A DNA stretch of 40,817 nucleotides, from the NCBI GenBank assembly GCA_002269645.1, contig NIVC01001324.1, positions 1 through 40,817 of the forward strand, read 5' to 3'. A program made the translations under genes and the position numbers. The notes under the pieces are model-generated. The model saw only the letters and a list, made by a program, of their open reading frames with translations. It was not told the DNA's origin and ran no database searches. The stretch is from Macrostomum lignano. Lineage: Eukaryota. Positions 33,376-40,817 of this stretch are shown one piece after another. Positions within the stretch are counted from its first letter, which is position 1; each line of letters opens with the position of its first letter.

Positions 33376-36300
33376 ATTAGTCTATTAATAAAAGCTTTCA
33401 ATAAAAAATTACACTACTAAGATTTGAACTACTAAGATAAGGTTGCTAAATTAGCAGTTTAGTCTGTACACATCTAGACTAGGCCTAGCTCGCATTGAAT
33501 TTATCAATGAATTTGTAGCACTTATAATTCAATACTTGTACCAAGTCAGTTATGACATAATCAATTTCATAGGCAAGTTATTGCTAATTTTAATAGAGAC
33601 TAGTACTATTTTTATGTAGTATAAATTAAGTTTTGCGCTATGCTTTAACACTGCATTTTCAACAGTGTAACAATTAAATTTAGTGTCAAAATTTAGCTAG
33701 TATAGACTGAATGAATAAAATGCCTAGTATAATACAATCTATTTTAGAATCAAAATTTAACTAGTAAATTTTTTCTAAAGCATTCATACAATGCATTTCA
33801 AGTCAAAAAAGCAGCTTGACTTTGCAAAAAAGCATGTTTTTCAAATATTTAATCCCTTTATCATCAAGCAATTTCTTAGCCACAATGCATATACCATGAT
33901 GGAAAAATTTCTGACAAAATGGTGCAAGTTTGAAGAAAATCGGTTGAGCTATTTTTGATAAAAATTGATCACATACTGATAGATGGAAATACCAACAAAC
34001 CATTTTTAGTATATGGAAAGCCATTGGAAAGCATAAGGGATTAAGTCTAGTAAACTTGGTAAATTTATGATACAATTGAAGAGCCAGTCTATACTACGGT
34101 TCTATACTTCTATACTATAGTATAGTATCATTAGTAGCCAAGTAGGCAGCTACCTCTAGGCTCTATAGCTAATTTTACATGCACTCAGCAGTCATCACTA
34201 AAAAGTGACCTTTAAGCCAAAAAACAAGTTTTAATTGAGCTTTAAATTTAATTTCTTCAGTAGGCCTACTAATAGCCGGTAATGTGGGATCCAGGATTCA
34301 ATCTAGGACTGGGCATAAGCAGTATACGCAATGCATAATATTTATAATAGCAATAGTTATTATTAAAAATTATTCGAGTCAGGTAGACAGTCTCATTCCC
34401 ATGTTTTAATATAAAAAAATAATAAATGTAGGTACGCGCGAGTCTGGGCACTGGCCCTGAACTGCTTACACAAGCTGCATACGTTACATACATCTTACAT
34501 GTGATGTGAGTGTGAGTGAAGTGTGATTGCACGGCATCCAGATTGGTCAACGCGGGTCTAGTGTGTTATGCATTTCAAAAAGCGAAAATTGAGTTGCAAG
34601 TTTTTACTTTTTCAAAGTTCAAGCTTTTTTCAAAGCTGTTTACAAAAATCACTTCTATAACGTATATTGAAGCACCTAGTAGTAGATTTTACAATTACTA
34701 TTTTATTTAATTTGTTAATTCGTTTTTTAAATGTTTCGTGTTGTTTGCCTCGGAAATTGGTATAAGTTAATTGCTACTGAAATCACTATTTTAAGTGATA
34801 ATCGTTACTTTTCCTGAATTCTCCCGTATTCTCTTACGGTTTCCAAAAATGCTAAAATTATTAATTAAAAGAAACAATAAATGAATTATAAAGATAGAAA
34901 ATAAAGTTTGATCCTCACACTATGATATATAACGTTAGGCGTAAAAAAGTTATGATGACATAAGGGAAATAATCAAGGAGCACTATAATAATTTCAATTT
35001 TTTGAGGGATAATTTTTTGCAGAGTTTGGGCATAAAAATTGCATCAGGATCAAGGATCGACAGCAATGGCATGCTGTCGATGTAATGCCAATTCACATTT
35101 TTTCGTTTTTTTCTTCAACTGATCTAATTGCGAAGCTAAGTTTACTGTAAGGTTTAGATTCATATATACTTTCTATTCTTTTATACTGCTGTACATATAC
35201 ATGTATGCATCTGCATATTTATATTGTATACACTGCAGCAATAGTTTAGCTGTAGTTTTATTCGATCACACGTTTAAAATAAAGATGTGACTCGCAATGG
35301 GCGCATTACATGTACAATTTATAGCATACATGTACATGGATAGCATTACCCAGACATGTGAAATAAATGAGGCATGTAACGGTACTACATGTAGAAATCA
35401 TGCATCAGATCGGATATACTGTAGTGTTTTAATTAAGAATTAATTTAATTTTGTTAGTTCACAGTAGAGGCCGCCTAGATCGATTGAAAAAATGTGAAAG
35501 CCCGTGAATTGTGTTCTCTACATGTACAGTTTGAGTCAGCTTGCAGAATGATCATTTAAACTATACATGTACTCGTACATGAACATACTACTATAATTGC
35601 TTTAAGAATCACATGCCTAACGGGTTCATGGAGGGTTTAGCTACATATTTTACATGTAGCTAACTGCAATTGAATAGTATATAAATTGCGAACGTCCCAG
35701 TTTTGGGCTCTAATTTCTCTGATATACATGCTAGTCTGAACTAAATTATCCTGGGAGACTGACAGGTGCTAATGAGGGGAACGGGGAACCGAGTGAGGAA
35801 AATTGATCTGAAAGAGACGGGCGAGATGTATAACATGACTGCCGAGTGAGGACACGGACTCCGGAGACACGGAGTTTCCTTAATTCCGTGTCACAGGCTG
35901 TGACGGGCGTGTCGCAATGGAGTTTATAGTGAGGGAAGTCAAGAATTCTACATAAATAAATTCCTACAATATTTTGAGAATCGGTATTGTCAGTAGCACT
36001 CATTTGTTGTGATGAGGACGCACTTTTTTCCAAATTTCACGCTCGCACATGGGTTCCAAACTTGCTCCCTACTGACAGCAGGCTATGGGCGTTTTTCTCC
36101 CTCTTTTGCAATTTTTCTAGAATTCATACTAGTAGGACAATTCTGTAGCTATATTAATCCACCATACTTGTAGTTATAATAACATAGGCGCGGTTTTTTG
36201 CTGCTTTTGGGTCATAAATCATTGCGTCTGAGCTGGTCTGACAGCCACCTGCGCCTCACTCAGTGCTGGGGCTGGCGCCAGATGGTCTGAGAGGATGCGG

Positions 36301-36651
36301 GCGGTAGCTTTTTTCTCATCATTTTGACAGGCCATCAAGATTTATTAGGTCAGGGCCTATTATATTGTTCGTGTTTACTCAAGCGTGTGACAGCTTTGAC
36401 AACTATGCGTTTTACCCCTCAAAGTACGTTGGGATTAGCGATTAGCGATTTCTCTTCATTATCTTCACTTTCTACTTAATAAGAGCTTTCTAATGTATAT
36501 TTTTTCATTAGTTTTTGTCAATTCTACGCGAAAAGCCATAAATCATTTTGTTGCGATTTTGATTGATTTATAGCCGCACCTGTCATATTTTTACGACCCG
36601 AAGGAACTGATAGGATCTCCCGGTCACGTAATTCTGGGTAGCATGCAGCAA

Positions 36652-36760
36652 GCTCAGCCAATCAGAAAATTCGACGCTCATTTTAACAAATCGGCTCAGC
36701 CAATGACAATCGACGTGTTCCATTATAACCAACTGCGGTCCACTTGGCGGCTATTTAAAC
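36652..36760 (+). promoter_or_regulatory. Promoter-like cluster: two GCTCAGCCAAT boxes followed by TATTTAAA
   Basis: CCAAT at 36658 and 36700, TATA-like motif at 36752. No downstream ORF identified. Confidence 0.35.
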
Positions 36761-38736
36761 CGGTGTTTTTGGCCTGCTCGGACTAACCCTGCAAAACCCT
36801 TTCTGGTGACCGGCCAGGAACTTGCTCTCTCCCTGGCCTGACCGTCGTTTCTTGATCCCCGGATTGCGACTCCCCCATCATCAAGGACGAATTCCCCCGG
36901 TCATCAGCAGTGAACATCAAAGTTAAGAGCATCACCTGCTAGCTATCTACAAAGATTGTGACATCAGCATCATCCCGGGCCTACAGCTGCGAAGCACTAA
37001 GCCGATTCGGTCACTGTGGATTACCTGGTCTCCGGCTGTTGAGTTTCTGATTGGTTGGGTGAGAGGCTGCCTAGACTTGCTTGATTGGGTGATTCCTTAT
37101 CTGTCCCCTATTTCAGTAGCTGGATTGGGATTGGCTCATTTTGTTCAGCAGTGCTGTTATCGAGGCAGAAATCACTTAATAATACTATTAGTAGTCTAAA
37201 ACTCCAATTCAATCTGAAGTGTGAAGTGATTTAAGGAGAAGGTTAAATCCGACAGTTATTTTTATCGGTTTTATTTCTTTGTTCGCCGATGGCTCAGATG
37301 AGTAGCTAAGCTAGTAGGCGCCGGTTACAGTGGACCAATGGCAAGGTGGTTCTCAGTCGATCAATCTATCAAATCAGTGAGCAAAATTGCCAATAGTGCA
37401 AACTCGGCGCTAGAGATGTACTTTGTGCACTCTAGGTTCGCCAAGCGGCTCGGGTAATGAATTATGCGGTCTCCGAAGTTCGAGTTAGTGTATCATCAGC
37501 GCTACGAGAGGCTAGTTGGCGCGTTGAAGGCCAAAAGTACAATTCCTCGTATTTAGCAATGTAATAGTACATGTAGCTACCCCATAGTCTCGCCACTGCA
37601 AGAATCCCCTGCACAAGTCCCCTCTGTACCTGCATGGCCAATGCGATCAAGTCCCAGCAGTGTCCCTTTACATCGGCTATGACTTCGAGATTGACAGCAA
37701 AAAGACACTAGTTGGCAGGTAAGCGCTAAGCCCCCTCTAGTCGGAAGCCCGATTTCGAAATTTCCGGTGTGGTGAGCCAGGACGTACGGGCTGGTGGCAG
37801 CGGGTTAGTTAATCTGCGGATTAGCTGATCTCTACCTTCAAAATTCTCCCTGCTTGTCTCTCGCTGTCCCTCTCTTAGCTATAGGACCTAGACTGCTCGC
37901 CACACGATCAAGCTACAATGGGGCTGACCATCTGACAGGAGTGGGGGGGCAGGACTCTAATTGATTTATTTCTGAGACCTGAGGCCCGAAGGCTTCCCCA
38001 CAAGGGGCCGAAAACCATCAGTTGCCCTAAGGCAAAATTACTGATTTCCATAACAGGTCTCAAGGTGGGGTGGGCGGACAAAGCATTGGCATGCCCCCCA
38101 TAGCTTTTACTGAGGGGGCATGTCCCCTGCCCCCTCCCCCGGGTGACGACGCTCCTGGGTTGATTTTCTGGGACCTACTTTGACCTGATTTTATTTTAAA
38201 TTCTAAATACTGCGATATTCTAGTTGACTCCACCAACCGTTTGAATTAATTTTGGCACAAAAATGATTAAAAATAATTTAGAGCGGGATGCTACACAATT
38301 GGCCACGTAATTGATCTTCATAATTTCAAGGTCGGATCCAAACCAAAGCAAGAAGTTAGTAAGCCGACAGTTTGAGGATATTTTTTTATACTATCACCTA
38401 AACGAAATTGGTTGACATACTCTGAGACTGAACCTACTACCAAACCAATATAAAGCTAGCAGACTGCACTGTTTGCACACAATGTCTCATCAAATAGAAC
38501 TTCGTTGCCTGCCTCTAGAAGGAATATGCAGCAACCGAGTGTAGAGAGAGCAACCAACTGCTTTCAAATGTTTACTCAGCGCTTAGCATACGGCTATTGG
38601 GCAGGAGAGCGACGCCTGGTAGTGTAAGGAGAGCCACAGGTTCCCATGGTATTTTTTCGAAGCAGAAAAATTAAAAGCTGAGCAAAGGCACACAGACAAG
38701 TCAACTACGACAGAATTTGCAGATTACGTTTAGTCG

Positions 38737-39345
38737 ATGCCAACAGTTATGAACAGCGGCAAGAAGCGAATCTCTACCGTATCGGCTCCGAGTCCCAGCC
38801 AGCTGAAGCCGTCAAACGCTGGCAAAGGGTCGCCAGACGGTCCGGATGAAGCAGGACCGGCTAGGCCAAAAGCGGCCGGCGGGACGCCTCGGCCAAAACA
38901 GCTGAGCCTGGCGACCCTCATGATGCTCAAGAAGCGGATCGGCGACATCCGGGCGAGGCACCGACGCAACCGACCCGTCAAGAAGATGGAGAACACCTAC
39001 CGCCTAGAGCCGGACTCGACTAAGAAGTTCCCGCCGAAGGAGGTGCAACAAATCGTGGACAACAGCCTCAGATTCTTCCTCGGAGAGTCCAAGTACGATC
39101 CGAAGGCGTGTCCCAAGCTGGCCAAAATGGTCTCCGAGGACGTGAAGCGCAGGATGAAAAACAACTACAACTGTCCTCGCTATAAGATTATTGTTCATGT
39201 GACGATCGCGCAGAAATCCGAGCAGATTCTAATGCAGGCATCCCGGTCTGTGACCGACCCCGCCACTGACGACTTTGTGACTGGCTTGCTAGAGAGGCCA
39301 ACCTTCAGAGCTAGCGCGACTGCCTTCTGGATCTACTGCGAGTGA
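38737..39345 (+). CDS. Tctex1-domain dynein light chain (TCTEX1D/DYNLT4-5-like) with a basic N-terminal extension, single ORF
   Basis: MENTYRLEP..KKF, YDPKACPKLAKMVSEDVKRRMK, PRYKIIVHVTIAQ and ASATAFWIYCE are the characteristic Tctex-1 motifs. Confidence 0.92.
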   Translation: MPTVMNSGKKRISTVSAPSPSQLKPSNAGKGSPDGPDEAGPARPKAAGGTPRPKQLSLATLMMLKKRIGDIRARHRRNRPVKKMENTYRLEPDSTKKFPPKEVQQIVDNSLRFFLGESKYDPKACPKLAKMVSEDVKRRMKNNYNCPRYKIIVHVTIAQKSEQILMQASRSVTDPATDDFVTGLLERPTFRASATAFWIYCE

Positions 39346-39816
39346 CAATGCGACTCAACCCTCATCATTTTAAAGATCAAAGAGATGAAAACTTGTTCCC
39401 TACGCTCGTAGATGCACTTTCCAGTTTTCAGCAGACAAGACAAGAAAAAAACAATTCAAGAAACCCGTTTTGATTAGCTAACAACACAAACCATTTTGCA
39501 CACTGTTACGTCAAGATTCTTTTCATTTATTTATCAATCAAATTTCACACCAATTCTCCTAGAAACAATGGGCAAACAAAATTTACCATAAATAATCATT
39601 TATACAGAAGCGAGACACGGAATAAGCAGCACATAAAAATCAATTAAAATTACCTCTGCACTAACTTTAGTCGTGGAGAAACTGCCTTTGAGAACTGCAG
39701 CTAACGCGCATATTTCATTCAATTCAATTCAGGAATTAATTTAGCATTATTAGCCGCTGATTCGACAAGGCACATTTTCTCCTTGTAATACGAGAAAACA
39801 AACTAATGATGAATTG

Positions 39817-40032
39817 TCAGTAGAACAGCACACAAGCGGCCATGACTAGACAGCAGCACGCAACGTATGGCGATTTTCGCTCCCCAATTCTGGCGCACTT
39901 CCAGAATATGCCGGACAGTCCGGTTTTGTAGCGATCAATTAGCCTGGGAAATAAATGCCGGAAATAGGCGCACGTGCAAATGAGCAGCAGTACCACAGTT
40001 AATAACGATTGAAAGTTGAACACGGCCGACAT
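39817..40032 (-). CDS. TMEM167A: Protein kish (TMEM167), 71 aa, intronless
   Basis: [23 protein letters not shown]...[25 protein letters not shown] closely follows kish-A as recalled. Candidate AATAAA on the minus strand at 39531-26. Confidence 0.95.
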   Translation of the reverse strand: MSAVFNFQSLLTVVLLLICTCAYFRHLFPRLIDRYKTGLSGIFWKCARIGERKSPYVACCCLVMAACVLFY

Positions 40033-40101
40033 CGCTGCGCTGTTTGAACTGCATGCATTTAAAGTGGTCGCTATAAAACTAAAAGGTCGCTCAAAGTTTG
40101 T

Positions 40102-40263
40102 GTCTCTTCTCAGCTATATTCTCTCCCTCTCCCCTCCCATCGCCTCTCCCCTCTCCCCTCTTCTCTCATCTTCCATTCCGTCTCCATTGCACTCTCATCT
40201 GGCCAGCAGCCATGAGCTGGATCCTCTATATGCCCCTTAGGTTAAATTTTTTACCAACCCCTG
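40102..40263 (-). mobile_element. Dispersed non-autonomous element, copy B (hAT-like end CAGGGGTTGGTAAA)
   Basis: The reverse complement is homologous to 21054-21195. Confidence 0.6.
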
Positions 40264-40589
40264 CTTTATGAACATAAAGAAAAAATCCGAAATAAACCAT
40301 CATATACCAAATTTTGATAATCATATGTCTATCTAGCTGCCTAGCATAAAAAACAGAACACAGACACGGTGAGTTATTAAATTTCTCAAAGAGACTAACA
40401 TTACAAACAGATCAAAGATTTTATTATAATAATAAAATAGCGGCAAAGTATTTAGCCCAGACTTTGGGATCAATGTTTTGGTAAGGGAGATAATGGATTG
40501 TGGTTCTAGCATTTATTTAGCTAGCTGGGTTATGAAATTCGGGATTAGGGGGGGGGCGGGGGGAACTTTCATATCTTTAAAATATCATA

Positions 40590-40817
40590 TCTCCGAAAGC
40601 ACTTCACATATCTCTGACACTTCATGTCTCCGACACTTCATATGTCTCGACAATGTCTCGACACTTCATATCTTCGACACTTCATGTCTCCGACACTTCA
40701 TATATTCGACACTGCATATCTCCGACACTTCATGTCTCCGACACTTCATATCTCCGACACTTCACGTCTCGACACTTCATATCTTCGACACTTCATATCT
40801 CCGACACTTCATGTCTC
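40590..40817. repeat. 16-bp minisatellite (CGACACTTCATGTCTC), running off the window end
   Basis: Directly visible. Confidence 0.95.

Noticed and set aside
35056-35081. Perfect 10-bp hairpin ATCGACAGCA-atggca-TGCTGTCGAT as a Helitron 3' end or terminator
   Set aside because: No CTRR terminus at the expected distance on either strand. Intrinsic terminators are not relevant in this eukaryotic context.
37934-38158. Possible MITE with CAGGAG...CTCCTG ends and G/C-rich subterminal runs
   Set aside because: The terminal match is very short and no TSD was found, so the evidence is insufficient.

Overview
Eukaryotic (animal-like) genomic DNA with GT-AG introns, GC-rich exons, AT-rich spacers and many mini/microsatellites. 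The style resembles the flatworm Macrostomum, but that is an inference only. Six protein-coding loci can be rebuilt by hand. (1) + strand Mn-type cation diffusion facilitator (exons 3192-3335, 4753-5233, 12397-12965), with both introns filled by 23-bp satellites. (2) + strand R3HDM4-like gene (18163-18741, 19017-19310). (3) - strand locus (about 24643 to 21341) that appears to join two hnRNP K/PCBP-like KH domains to a divergent eIF2-alpha-like protein; its middle part is broken by homopolymer-associated frameshifts and a tRNA-like insert. (4) - strand TRIM-like gene with RING, B-box, predicted coiled coil and TPR-like helices (31108-30896, 29754-28573, 28006-27431). (5) + strand single-ORF Tctex1-domain dynein light chain (38737-39345). 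(6) - strand intronless protein kish/TMEM167 (40032-39817). The rest is tandem arrays, two foldback elements and two dispersed repeat families with two copies each. The KH-eIF2-alpha-like fusion is the most interesting candidate. All family assignments come from motif recognition from memory, not database searches.
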